A stretch of 64,000 nucleotides of DNA from Phoronis australis (lineage: Eukaryota > Animalia > Phoronida). Positions 14,266 to 29,200 of this stretch are shown here, piece after piece; within the stretch, counting starts at the first letter, position 1, and every line of letters begins with the position of its first letter. A program made the translations under genes and the position numbers. The notes beneath the pieces are model-generated. The model did no database searches. It was not told where the DNA came from and saw nothing but the letters and a program-made list of their open reading frames with translations. The stretch is from NCBI GenBank assembly GCA_002633005.1, contig NMRA01000196.1, forward strand, positions 480,824 to 544,823. Direction: 5' to 3'.

Positions 14266-17200
14266 GTACGTTCGCCCGTTTGATGCTCAGGCTCTTGACT
14301 TGGAAACACGGATAACAAAGTAAGTTAAACAGAGATTTAATACTTGTTCCTTGGCCAAAACTACCAGCTTGAGAAGGAAAACTCACAACGAAAGCAGGCC
14401 GATGCAGCTTTCTTCAGTATCCCACTTTAGGAGCTCGAGGTTGTGACAAAAGGTTTCCTTAGTTTTTACAAATCTACCGAAGGGTTTTCAGCGATGTCTA
14501 TGTTTTAAAATGCTTTGTTGCAAATCAAGTACTCGTTCTTGAAAACTCGGTGTCTCTTCTTGCATTGTCTCGGACTTAATTAAAAATTCAATCAGCTATC
14601 CAAGATCACGTATGAAAGGGTAGGTTTGGGGAATTACTCCTACAAAAGATGGATTTCTGGGTCAAATCCCAGCAAACGTATGGGTTTTTCATGGGAACTC
14701 TACATAAACTGGTTTCTTTTTAGAGTCCAGCCCCCTAAATAGGGTATCTTATTTTTGCAGCTCTACAACCATGCACCAAACAATCGGGATAGCTTTGAAG
14801 TAGTATCTGTAATATATCCACCTCACCGGATTAGCTAAAAGAGCACAATATAAGGTTTACGGCTTTCTAAAAATGCTTTTTTGATTTTACTCACAACACA
14901 ACGTGAACAAAATTCTGCTGAAAGGAAAAAATTACAAAATTGGTTGATAGAAAAAAACAATTAGGGTTAAAATTTATCACAAATGGGAGTCCATAAGGGT
15001 TAAATGTTATCACCAATGGGAGACCACAGTCGACAATTTTCGCAAAGTTTTTCAAATTCGTAAAATCATATATAAAAGGAAATCTTTCCCATTTTTTCTT
15101 TCTTTGAGCAACTCAATTTACTATTATTAGGGGTAAACCCCCGACACCGCCATCCCTCCCAGAAGTTATACCCCTATACAGAGCAAAGCCGGAAATACCA
15201 GTTCTTTCCAATGCTTACCGTCTCCATCAACTCTATCAAGAGTGTCAGTAACAGAATGTTAAGACAGAGGGGTCGCCGCAGTAATTAAAGAATATAAAAA
15301 GAAAAGAACCAGTTGTAAAAAGAACAGAACCAATTGAGGTATTATTTTACCTTAATTGCTTGTAATTTCTGTCATTTTGTTTCTTCCTTTTTAGAACTTC
15401 TTAACCATGGTAAAGCCAACGCCTCTTATATTTGTGAGGGACTTTTTCAGCATGGCAGACACCGGGGTGACGACTGGCTTGCTGACGACTGTGATCTTCA
15501 CAGATATTCTCGCAGGTGAGAGCTTCGGCCTCTCTAAAAATAGTTTTAAAACCGTTATAGCAACAGCACCATCGTTTCACAATTCTTACCACACCGTGAA
15601 TAGACACATCAGTAGTGCTTGTGTGGCTCGGTGGGAATCTAGGCCCAACTAATGCGATTTTAGGCAAAACGCAAGAGAGAAACCAATGAGAGCTTCTTAA
15701 ATAGTACATGGATGAATGTTGAATAGGTCGGTAGACTAGTACGATCCAGTTTCGCATATGCATATATCAGGACAACTTGTTTTTCTGACATCATGCAGAA
15801 AAATATAGAGGGCAGGGGGTCCGCCTCTTCCTGGAAACGACCAGAAAAAAGGAAAAACACCCGTCGGCAAGTCACGTAAGTGCTTACGTAAACATTTTCC
15901 TTCGGGATTTATGATGGCACCCATCCTTTGCGACATCCTACACTCGCATGTGTCTGCATCTGCTTTTGATCGACAGTCTTAATAAGACTTCGCAATACTA
16001 AAGAGACGCGACGCAATATTATAACCCACCCCAAACTTTGGGGCCCAAAGATTGTGAGCCATATAACGCATTTCAATGAGTTTGATTGCCCTGTGTGATA
16101 GGCACATTCTACACCATCGTACGTGTACCGTCTGTACTCGTTACTAATAAACGAACGAGGGATCACCGTATGACGATATTTTAAGAGTAGTAGCGACATT
16201 TTATAGATTTCCGTAATAATGTGGGAGTTATTAATAAACAGGTGAGTAATGACATATGCCCATATCCTAAGACTGGCATCTGCCCTTTATTATTTTTAAA
16301 ATCGTTCTGAATTTTCTTCTTCAAAACACGGATGTCATTCTGAACGAGTAAGAAACACTTTCATTGAGATCAGAAACGTACTCGGGTCATCTGAATACAG
16401 GATTATTTTTCATCATGATCTATGGAGATAGTAAGATTATCGACAGTGATTTAACAAGGTCGTTTTGGATTTTAGTTGATGATTGGATCATAAGTAAAAC
16501 CGGAAAGTTGTTAGAGGTTTCAAATTGAGATGTATTTTTAAAAAGATTGAAGGTCAAGACATAATTAATCTAATCGTATGTCAAGGAAAATTTCATATTT
16601 ATCGGCAGCGACTTAAAACACGACTCCTAATTTGACATACTTTAAAAGGGAAATCTTTGGGTATTTCAAAATTGAAAAATATTTATTTTGCAATAATCTA
16701 AAATTCCAAGATTTAATAACAGGTGGGCTGCTATGTTACTTTTAATTTGAAGCAGTTTATTTTTGAGTTCTTAGTGAACCTCACCACATACAGTTGTATG
16801 TGCATGTGCGTATGTATGCGGGTATGTGCATGTGCGTATGTATGCGGGTATGAATGTTTTCACTAACTTCATTTTCACATATTTGGGAAAAGTGTAATAG
16901 AAAAAAAAGAAAAAAAAACGATTGTCGATAGAGTTTCTAAGTCTATTGATAAACGTACTGATTCGATCGATAAATTTAAAATCTTTATCGATAGAGTTAA
17001 TAGGCTACCGAACGGATAGACTTGGTATGTATATCGATAGAGAAGGTAAGGTAGACAGAGACATCAAATCTATCGATAGATATTATAATGCATGTAAATC
17101 TATCGACAGAAGTATTATTCTATTGATAGAGTTAGGACTGGGGAAAGCATCTGCGCTGTTCCTCATACAACCACACCTTATTTATTACTCCTGGACTTAT

Positions 17201-20200
17201 GCATACACGTACATGTACAGTATGTGACAAAAAGTTGAAGCACACCAGAAGAGTGACCTCTCCATTTGCCATGAAACATATTTAGCACTGAACTGCAGCG
17301 TAAGATGGGATGAAAGAGCTTGCTCGGCCTATTAACGTCTTACTAGACAGCTGGTTAGTTTAGCCTTCATCTCTCTTCTTCTCGGCAAAAAACTTGACAC
17401 TTTGATTACATTTTAGATTTATTAACAGTAGACTTCATCGATACCATAAGTTCCGAAAAAAAAAACTCGCCTGCCGTTTGGAAAGCCCAATAACCCGATG
17501 ATTATACATCTGCTAACTTATACTTTTTTCCAGGTTCTAACTGTCACATGTTTCGAATAGCCTCCACGGACTCTAATATTACATTCAGTTGTTCCACGCA
17601 AAAAGAAATTGCGAGTAAGGCGGTACTTGTCCGACTCTACCGGTGACGCTATATATGGTGCTCCTGTGTTTGAGTATATTTAAATGGTGTTTTTTGTGTT
17701 GTTTTAAATGAATTCTCGGCCTAGGACTGGCGAGATAGTCCAATGTATCAAGAGTAACATAAATTTGTTCGAAAAAAGCTTTAAGTGTTTAGCGTTCATT
17801 CGCAAGACTCCCAGTAATTCTCCATAGGCACAGCTTTAGATATATGTGCATGGGTCCAAACATGCGCATGTATGATAAGTCGTAAGCCCACATAACTCAA
17901 CCAAAACATAGTACAGAGTAATTGTCGTTTTGCAGGGGCTTGGCGACATGCATGGAAAGGAAAGGCAAAGTTACCGGACGTACGCATATCGCGTTTGTCG
18001 GCGACTCCCGTATTCGTGGGCTATTCTACAGGTTTGCCAATTTTTTCGACCACACTATAGTCCGAGAGAAAAGGCACACGGACCGAACATACTTATTTCA
18101 AAATAACGTAACCGTGGTAAGTCCTTCTCGTTCGTGGGGTAGCACTCATACATGTACGCTCCCTAAAGAACACTTTCTGTGTGATACACTCTTGTGTTGG
18201 ATTACGTACATGTAGTGGGTGGGTCTTCCGGATAAAAAACACATTATTTCCGGTGACAATGCTTAGCTGACGTCAACAGGGTAATCCTGTAAACCCATAT
18301 TTTCTGTTTAAAAGTTGAGGTATTTTCAGAAACCGTAAGTTTACGCGTCGTCTTAAGCACCGAAGGTGATATAATCATCTTCATATAAAAACTAAAATTT
18401 TCAAGTGATGCAGACCTGTTACATACGGCCAACTTATTGGTCAACACCGCAAGAGTAACAGTGCCCACTTACCCTCTCACTTACCGCACTGACGTTGTCA
18501 CTAACAGCTTTCCATTCCAGTTGAAGACATGTCGTGTTCTTGCCCAACAACTCTTTTCTCATGAACGCATTTTTACTTACGCACATTTATTTTGCAACTC
18601 TTATAGTTTCTCGTGCGCAGATGCACCAGCGGTTCGTCTATGCGTAATCGAAATTCAAAGAGTTTCCTTTTGGCAGGCGTATTCACTGCACTTAGTATCT
18701 CTATTTTCATCACTTTAAGGAGTTGAAGTGGAGTCCGTTTCTCAACGAATCTCACGCATCGGTCTACAGAGAATGGCTGAAAAGTGATATTAAGCAAAGA
18801 CCTGAGCTGGTGGTCGATGGTGTAGCGACGGTAATTATTTTGCTTTTCTTGTTCGGCTTAGGTTGAGAAGAAGGGCAAAGCTGTCCTATTCAACATTTCA
18901 AAGGAGAATGCCACCCGATTTAATTAGTCTTTTTTACCGTCGTAATCGGTCTGTATCCACATCGCCTCTTATACGGTCGACCTCACCTTGCCGAGAGGTG
19001 GCGCGTTAACCTGTGAGCGGAAAGGTGAGAAACGACCCAGCGACGTCTGTGGTTCGTCTGCAGAGTGAATTCCGCTATATTGCGGTGCATCGTTCCCGCT
19101 AGTCCAAACTATGAAGCTAAAAACAAAGCGGGTATGTCGTTTTTTGACTTCCTCGAGAGCCGAAATGCTTAGGAAATGGCTCCTTGTAATGAAGAATGAA
19201 AGGTACGCTGTTAATAGCAAGTATGAGGCCGTAAAACACAGTATCCGTGTCTGTGGCCGGCTTTTCGTCGACAATGATTTCTCTGACGATTTCCAGCTTA
19301 CCAAATAACTATCCCTACGTTCTGTTGCCTGTGCATGTTCACGGCGCCTCTCTAGTATTTCTTGATCAGTGAATTCCGGTTCGAACTCATAGCCTGTGAA
19401 ACCTAACGATCCGACCCGTGAAGTTTTCGACGGATGAGCTCTTGACTAAGTCGGGATTGGCGCCGGGCGAGTTGCCATGTAGACGTTTATTATTCTGCGT
19501 TCTGTTTCAAAATAAATTATTGTCATCCTAACCACTGCTTATATCAAAAACTGAAACAAAGTCTGTCTCATTAGATACAATTTTTCATGCCTTTGCAGTA
19601 TTCGTAAGTGCAAAGTTGAGACGCCAGCAAAGGCGTACTGCGTTACCGGTTTCTGATGCCGGCAATAAAGGTAATTGACCGGGCACCGATGCCGTGTGAG
19701 CGCATGCTAATTCAGTGTTTGCTGACAGAAAGCTGTTGTGAATCAATTACTCGATTTTATATGCTACTAGCCGTTACCCGTCAGTGCTTTCGCACGGGTA
19801 GCAATTAGTGGGAAAAACGCCGAGGGAAAATAGCTACACCTAAGAGTGAACCGAGTGTTCATCCCAGGAGACAGGAATACTTCTTGAAGAGACCGTGTTC
19901 AAAACTTCAAGCAGAATCTCTGTCACTGTCAGATTTTAGTACGCAAGGTGTGCGGCTTCAAGATTCCTTAGTACAAATTTCTTTCCAGAACATCTGACCC
20001 TGCCGTAACACAAAGTACCGTGATCAGATATTCTTTTAAAGTGAAAAATAAGAATGCATTTAAAATATTGTATAGTACACAAATCTGAGGTGACACAACA
20101 AGATAATTTCAACCAAGCATGGGTCTTTCCATTGTTATAACCACCATTTGTTACTTAACCTGAGAACTCGGTGTATTTTGAAGGGTTTTACATCGAAGTT

Positions 20201-23200
20201 TGATGATTTATTGGTGTTAAACAATGACTTCAAGCGATAAGCTGACACCAGTAACCCGTGTTGTGAACTGCTGAACAGACTGCGCGTGAAAGCAATGACG
20301 TCATTGGATAATTTCAACACCTCCGTCTGCCGTCAGGTGTCAGGTATCGCAACCGAACGTGCCGTTATCGAACAGAACTACTCGATCTATATTGATACAA
20401 AATAGCTTGTTTTTGGGTGGCATTCTTTTTTAAATTCATAACAGAATGGGCTTGGTAGACATACGTACATGCATAAGAAATCTTCGAATATGATGTTTCA
20501 TTTAGGTGCCATGTAAAACTTTTTTACGAACCACAGTTTAATAAATCTTATTTCATTGATGGCATTCCGTGTTTCAATTGAAGGAATGCAAGATTTTGAT
20601 CAATTGACCCAATTTTATTCGCCTTCATACATGTATATATGTCAGTCAAAAAACCATTGTTAGCCTCAAATGCTGAAAGTTCCAAGTTTTATTTGCGTCT
20701 TGCTTTAATGTCTATCAAGTTCTTTGACTAATATTTATGATATTCAACTTTGTATTTCGCCTTGTTCATCTGCCTAAAAATCGAATTAGGCATCTTACTC
20801 TTATAAAATCGGTCTCATAGTACTCATACTGTTGTGGAATTCTATTTCCGTACCCAACAAAAGAACATCAAAACGATCTACGAATCAAAAAAACGTTTCA
20901 GATTGTAGTCTGACCCTAAATTTGAAAAGTAATCCTTCAAATACACTAAGCCAACCCCCTATTGCCGTATAGACGTATCTTCGAATGTAGGCGGATGGGC
21001 CTAAACACGCGCATATACCGTAAAAATAAAGCTTTGGACTGATCAGTGATGGAATTGAGTAAAAATTACGGCATTTTAACATTCTTAGACGAGTTTCTTT
21101 CGCAGAAACCGTCATTCCGAAGTTAGCGCTTTTTATTTTGGTAGGCTACTTCAGTGACTCCGGCTTTCGGCACGACTAAATTAACTGTTTTCCAAGTTAG
21201 CAATTCCCGAAAATTCAAAAATGGTAATTAATATGTATGTAGAAGTGTCGTCACTTTTCGGAATATCCGCCAGCTTCGGACTCTTGCCCGCTGTCGTCCG
21301 GCGGAATTTCATTTGGAACTCTCGGCCCTTCAGACTATCGAACCAGCCTTCAACTAATTTTTGCTTTTTGGGCGAACCCGTTGATTTTGAAATAATGTTT
21401 TATGCCTGAGAACATTAATTAAATTTAGCATATTCAATACTTCGTCGTCTACCATAATTGTAAGCTATTCTCACAGTGAACTCCAAAATATTTCCCATAC
21501 TGCTTTGAGTGACTGGAGATTTAGGTATGAACTGCTGTCAACATTGTGTTGAGCGTAAGCACGGTGGAACCAGGCTTCGCTGGTCAACGTACCCTTTCAG
21601 TTACGAACACAACATCATACGTACGCAAACAAATCACACACACGAACTGCAAAATTCAATTACCGTTCTAAAATGCGAAGAAGCATCTGATTTTTCTTCG
21701 ATTGATTTTGCTGTTCGTGTGGTGCATGAGTCTTGTTCGAAAGTGCGTTGTTTGGTACCCATGATTCATTGGCTCTAACAGAAGTTTCAGTTTTTTCTGG
21801 TGTATAGCTCGAATTTAAGAGTCACTGCATGAGAAAGACAAGCCAATATAATATCGCGGGAGCTTTGGTCACGAAAATCCCATTTTCTAGTATGTGATGA
21901 ACTATTGAATCTTCGAAAACTGCACTATTTGTCAATTTACTCGTTGTATAAAGATGCGTAGAACGTGAAAAAGATATCAAATTGTATGATTCGGAAAGGC
22001 TCTCTGCCATTGAAGCAGACATCTAACTGTGTACCAGGTACTTTTACAGATTGTTCGTAAAAAAATTAATTTCAGTTGACTTCAACGCATTTTTCCATCA
22101 GTTTCAAATATCAAAACAAACGATCTTTCAACTGCTCGTCACGTCGGCGATTTTTCACCTCCTGGGTAAGGCCCATCCTCGTATTAGGTCATGGAAATAC
22201 ATAGACGTAGCACCTTTTCCGTATACACCAGCAGCCCAGAGCACTTAGCATAAGGTACCAACATCTGACCACGGGAGCATTAACAGTACAGAAATGGACG
22301 TCTGCCGTGGTCTGCACTCTGGGTGTGACCCCTGGGGGCCTTAGAAATGGCCCAAAAATGAGCTAGACTAGATATTCGAGGTGCCGGCTAAAAGTGATTT
22401 CAAACGATCAATATAGTATCACTCAGAACACCTTATGACACATGACAGACAAATTACACTCTAGAGTGGGTCCGGCAGAAACCAAAAAACGACCCTCAAA
22501 AATGAGCTAGCAAATGCATGTACATTCGAGGTACCACAAAAAGAAACAATTCCATGAGATTCAATACATGCCACATGTCACTAAAAGCCTAATGACAGAC
22601 AAAATACACTCTGAGTTGTGCCTGGCAGAACCTCCAAAAATCTCTTTGACCACAGTATGCCATGAAAAATTTGAGCTAGACTAGATTTTCGAGATACCGG
22701 CCAAAACTGATTTTAAACGAACCCTGAACAGTACCGCACAACGACGTGTTACGGTAACAAGGGGTGGTAGGTGAGTGAGGTGATTAATTCACCACACCAC
22801 TTTAGACAGACAAGAAGAGTTCCTGAAAACACACCCAACATTTCAAAGTCATATGGTTGAGTATAATTCATTCTTTAAAGACGTATTGTGCGGAAAGCTC
22901 GGCCCAACTGTGAAGTTCTGGGGACAGTATGTATACCTGAGTAATCATCTCCACAAAATCTGATGCATGCTTTGCGCACAAACAACATTCTCGGAGGACA
23001 ACATAGCATTACTCCCAGAACTCATCAAACGTTTTATTTTTGGTCTTAATCGACTTAATGACGCTTACTGTGGTTGTCTTTTTCTCGACCATCCCAAAAA
23101 CGTCACACCGCGCATGCAAATTCGAATGATTCTGGAATAGGGCGTTCTCGGTTCTGAGGACTAGCCAAACTTTTGCAAGGTCAGCAATAGATTTAACGCT

Positions 23201-26200
23201 TGAACTGACCGTTAACAGCTTCACCTATGAAAGGAATTGGGAATTTCAGTTTCACAATTCCAACTCTGCCATGAGAAGATGGTGCATTACATCAAATCAG
23301 CGAGAAATGTCTGTTATTACGGAGTTGAGGTATCTGGCAGGACTACAGAGGAACCAGCAATGCATCTATGAGGAAGTAGAATTGAAAAAGATTCCCACGA
23401 CAAAGACCAATTGATGAATGTAATTTCAAATTCCTGTGACCCCTTTCCAGAGCCAGCAAAATCATCCGACTATTTGAATCCCATGGAATTGTTCATTGTG
23501 GTACCCCGAATGATGACCTAGTTCCAAGGTGAAATTTGTCTGTAATGGGTCATTCAATGTTCAGTGCGGTGCTATCGTTCGTTTTCAATCAGTGTTCGCC
23601 GGATCCTCGAATATCTAGTCTAGCTCATTTTTGGGCACTTTTATGGCCCCCAGGGGTCACACTCAGAGAAGAACGGAAGACGTCCATTTCTGTACATACT
23701 GAGGTGGACACTAAAGTGCGCCCGCGGTCAGATGTTGGTACCTCGTTAATCTACATTGTATGCTAAGTGCTCTGGGCTGCCGGTCTGTTATATGGAAATG
23801 TGAGCTTTGACCTTGGATGTAAACAAAACAAGACAGTTTGACTACTTTGAGCGCATATACATTATTCAGGGTGGAGAGTGGAAGATTTGAAAATTCGTCT
23901 GTGTTTCAAAACCAAAAGTACTCAATGGAATCCGACGTTTTTTTGAAGAATTTTTTTACAATATTCAAAGTGATTAACTCTTATGTTTAGAACCTTAAAA
24001 CTATATTCACAGCAAGATCTGTTTAAAGGGTATTTTTACAAGTTTTCGGGTTCCATGACTGATTTTAGAAATGACGTCGATATTTTCGCAGTCACATTTT
24101 ACTTACATCATGAGTCACGTCACAAAATAGTAGACTTCCGTTATTGTTCTGTCAGAAATAGTGATGAGCATTATATATTTTTCGACTTCAGTGGCTGTTA
24201 TGGAAATACGACTCTGGAAAGCCAAGAAAGGTTGCTTTTGAAAGATACTTGAGTAAGTAGTGAAAACATACTTGGACTTTGTTCATGCGCTCACATCTTT
24301 GTGTGTGGTCGCATATTACCGTCATCTGCCCGGGCACTGGGGCGTCTGGCGTCCGCTGCTGTATTTCCAAAACCCCGTAGAGAGTCTTCATAAAAGTTGC
24401 CAGATATGTTCATGTGCACCTGACAACGGAAGGTGTTGGCTTTCGGGCGGATCTGACAACCACTGAGGCCCCATAGTGGCAATTTAACTGTATTATGTTT
24501 GCCTATGGATCTTATTAGATACTTGCCGGAATTTCAAGAAATTTGTGCGGTCGACATAAACGCTGGCCCGATGGCCCGGGCCCAGTGGATTTACGGTAAG
24601 GCCAGTCACTTTTAAAATTTACCGGACCGTCGGGCCAATAACTTTCAAATATAGGCTCATGTGAATGTGGTCTCATGTGGTATTAATTCAAAAAATGTTT
24701 ATTGACTAATTTTATGTGCCTCTGACCACTTGAACGCCAACGAGTTCACTTTTAAACCTTGTAGGCAATAAATCCTCACCTATAGTTAATTAAGCAAAAC
24801 AAATGAGGGTTGTCAAGCACATGCGCATTAAGTGTAAATGGAAAATATGATGAAAAACGTAGGATGCTAAAACCAGGACCTGCAACTTAGCAGCCGGGTC
24901 AGTCACTTTGTCAGTTACTAACTGGCCCGGGAGGATAGCACATTTATTTGATGAAGTTCGAACACTGCTTCGACGGAGTTCTTAGCCTCTTAGTGGCCAT
25001 TTTCATTCACAAGTTTGTTTTTTGCCTCCGCCGCCCTATCTGCCAAACAACTCAAAGAATCTCTATGAAAATTGGAAGACATTAGTGGTATGAAAGTTGC
25101 AATTATTTTTGCTCGAATGTTTTCACATATTGTTTACGACACGTGTGTATAAACTCAATTTTACTTCTTTTTTCCCAGGGATTTCCCATGCAATGCGAAT
25201 ATACATATATATTGTCAATGGGTGGATTACTGATATACAAGGACTTTTATTTTCACTACAAGCAATTTGCACATGTCTCTGGACCCTCACTTTTATCACC
25301 AGTGCCCATTCTTTCAAAAATTGGAGTGGTATTTGGCCCATGCTACATTCTAGATACATCCGTGGTGTGTTGATAATCAGTGGCTGAGAAATGGGCCAAA
25401 ACTTCGAACCGCAATCAGATGTAGGCAAACCATGCAACAAAATTTGCACAAACTGTATTTTTGCATATTTATTTGTCATTCCACGAAAGCACCAAAAGGT
25501 GGTCTCTAGGGTAACCGAATCAGATCATGCGTGTACATACATCCTGATGAGACATGTTCAAAAGGATTTTTGAAATGTTTGGGCCATTTTTAAGTTAGAG
25601 AATTATGAATATTTTGGCCCAAAATAGGTCATTTTTGGTTCAAAAAGGTTCAGTTAGTGAAACGGTTTTAAAACTGCTTAAAAGAACGGGAAAGAAAAAT
25701 ATTTAAAATATTGATGTAGACATTGAACCTCTGTTTGAGAAAACGGTCTTTGAGTTTTCAAAGGGGTTTCCGTCAACCTTCAATGCAGTGCCAAAATTAG
25801 GTAAATTTTGCTCAATTTTGTGTGTTCGATTTTTTGTCATTTTTAGGTACTATGGGGGCCAGTTTGCTGGGTGCTGGGGATTTCCAATGATTTTTTTCAT
25901 CAACTTGCCTGACTACTGGCAGTATGTAGCTGTATCGTATAAACCTCATAAAGGCCTGGGCTTCATTAATTTTGCAAATATGTTTCTATGGTTATCAAAT
26001 CAGTCTACGTTAACTTTTAGATACTTTGACCACTGCTGGCTCTCTGGTGGCAGTTTCTGTAACTAGATTTATTTGGTGAAATTTCATGAAATTTGGCCAA
26101 AACGTTTTCATTGAGGAAACGATGGCACATGCATGTTTAAGAACACCGTTTCAATATTAATCTAACTATGTTACGATATTTTGCTTTCTCTCTGTTATTG

Positions 26201-29200
26201 TAGATCAGGATAGCTTTTGATTAAAATCGAAACGTCGTTTACATTCTATGTATTACTTCTATTTTAGCCAAAAAGTAGTATTATCTACATGCATGTTTTC
26301 AGATGACTTTAACTTGTGCTGCCACACCGGTGACAGTTTTAGGACTTTGGAAACCGTTTATGCGACTAACCATGGCAACTGGGTACCTGTACCTTAAAAC
26401 CTTTCGTCCTTAAACTTGAAATGAACTAATATGATAATAAATAATATGAAGCTATGACGCAGAAGGATTCATGCAAGCTTCACACTTCATAATCCAAATG
26501 TAACCTATATATGTAAATCAAATAAGATTTTTCACATTTTGTTGCTTTGATATGTCTTGAAGTACAGAGTAACTAGTTACAAAGCATGATTCAAAAGCTC
26601 ATATTGTGCATAGAACTTAGAAAAGTATGTGTCCTGTTGTGATTCATTATCATACATTGAACAGTAGTTGTTCACATATCCAAAAACATAAACTTCTATG
26701 TCCACAGCCCCTCAAAGTGGCTTGTAGAAGCACTTGAGTGACACCCATTTGCAGCACTACAAAAAGTGCAGCGAAATCGTTAAAGATCTGGTCGCACGCG
26801 TTGTTAACCCTTATTACATGGTTAGAGGATGTTATAAGGATCCAAGAAGTACCTACCCCATAACTAATACACAATTCGTACTCGACAAAAGTTTAAATGA
26901 ACGCGCCACTCACGATTCGCACCCAAAGAACGAACTTGCCGCGAACCCGGGAGTACAATTCATTCAGGAACCCAGGCTAAGAAAACGCCGTCAGTGTGGA
27001 TGGACGAGTTCCTGTTACCAGCTTGCAAACGGGGATGAAATAATCAACAGCCCGCCTTAATTTTAATAAAATCAAAATTCGGAGAACTCTATCGAATTGA
27101 CTGAAGAAATGTGGCGAATGAATTTTGACAGAAATTTTTTTGCCAGACTCGGGACCGCAGCGTATCGGACCCGGTGCCGATCGAGACCAGACATTGGCGA
27201 ACGGTAAATGCATGCGGTTGCGAGCTGTTTTGTCGAAGTAAAATGCTCAAATCATAAATGCCGCATATATTCAAAGATAGTTTCAGACACCTGCATGAAA
27301 GTACGGGCTGGTTAGCCCTGTGTCACACTGCCACGGCCGACCTTAGCTAGCCTCAGTGCCAGCTACCAGTGAAGACTATCGTTAAAATACAGCTTGTTAG
27401 CACATTTAGGCCTATACAACTTTGCGCCAAGGCTACCCTTAGGACTAACTGGTCGCTGGCCACAGCGCTTGCTCAAACGAGGTTTATTTAGAAGTTGGGT
27501 ACTTCTGGCGAACTGTGCAAAGTTGTTGGCTTTCAATAGAGATTTGCTCAGACTTTGTATGAGCGCACCAAGGCTAAAAGAATGGGGGGGGGGGCTGGAA
27601 TTTTTTGGAATGACTATCTTTTACTATAAGATTCACTGGATATGTTCAGAGCTATGAATTGCAAACGCTAAATTTTGGTACTTCCTGTCTTCTAGTGGAA
27701 TATTGTTTTATTTTCTACTTTTTTGGAATTCGTGCTTCTCTGAGGCAGACCTTTTTCCATTTCTCCAAATCGGGTTTAAAAAAATATGAAGTTGCAAGGA
27801 ACAAGATTTGGAGGCTTGAAGCTTCACAATCCAACATATCTTATTCCACAAATTAAGATTATTCATATTGTTGACTTGATAACCTGAATTATGAAGCAAT
27901 AAGTTACAAAACATGACTTGAAAGCAATTGAGACTTAAAATTTAGAAAAATATAAATCATTTTTGACACCGAATCAAGCCTTGAACAGCAGTTGACAGTC
28001 AAACAAAAAACCATTTCAAAATTATTTCAACTATTTTTTTAGCTTAGTGTAAGATCACCTGAATGGGAAATTCACAGTAAAATAATTTGAATACATCATA
28101 TATTTTTGCCAAAATCACGAAAATTGAACAAAGTTCCTTTTTTGTAGCAACGTTTGTCAAAATGTATCAACGTTAAATCTTCACAAATTACAAAGTAGCC
28201 GATTGAACATGCCTTTCAGTTCAGCAAAACTCGCCATGTTGTTGGTGCCGCCAGAAATGAGAAGAAGTCCAACGGGAATTGTGAGCACATTTATTACTTA
28301 ATGAGTAACAACTGCGAGGCTGAAATTTGGTGAACACTGTTGAATCGTACAGAATAGTAAGTATTGATATGTCTAGCTAAATTTCACTGTAATTTGTTGG
28401 CGAAAACAATTTACACAAAGTTTTAAACTCGTAACTTATCCCGCTGTCCTCCAATATGGCCGACGCGATCCAAACAAAGTGACCCAAATTTCGCCACAAA
28501 AATTGCAATAACTTTACACTGCTTGCCCCGACTTTGATACTTTTTCGAATTTTTCTGATTAGAATGCACTAACTTTCCGATGATAGCAAAGTACTTTTTC
28601 AAAACGTGAAAAAATTAAAACGAAAACAAAATTGATTCCACCCATATTGGTTCCTAGGTTCGACCGGCCTATGTAAGGAACTAAACACCAATGCTATTTT
28701 AACATAATAAGTACGCGTGACATTCCAAAAAAGTCAACGACCACTAACTATAAACTATAAATACACTACATATGCAAACACGAGATATTACTAATAAAAC
28801 AAAATAAGGAAGACTTTTCGAGCAAGCGATAGCACATTCAGTTACAAGGAAAAAATGGCGGCGTTCAGGACAAGCTCCTCAACTGATGAGCCCTAAAATG
28901 CGGGTACGGAAATAACCGATGAAAGCCGGTAATTATACGCTCACAGAGAAGGGTCAAATACGATTAAAAATCGCTTTTGGCAAAAAAGGCGAAAAGAATA
29001 TAAAGAAAGGGTGTCGAAAATAAGATTTTATGTAGTAAGTATTTTCGGATAATGGAACCACATGGGCAGTTTGAGAGCAGAACTTTAGTATCAAATTTAT
29101 TTGGTAGTCCTCATGTCCCACTTTCTAATCGCATTATGTGTTTTCTCTCATTGCATGCAATGTACTTGCATTCATACTGGAAAATTGCTGTTTTCAGTAT

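Noticed and set aside
14320-14325. GTAAGT as the exon 1 donor
   Set aside because: It lies after the stop of the signal-anchor frame, is out of phase with exon 2, and is not conserved in copy 2; GTACGT at 14266 fits.
28880-28945. CTGATGA...GGAAA hammerhead-like motif
   Set aside because: Extra bases before GAAA and no stem I partner.
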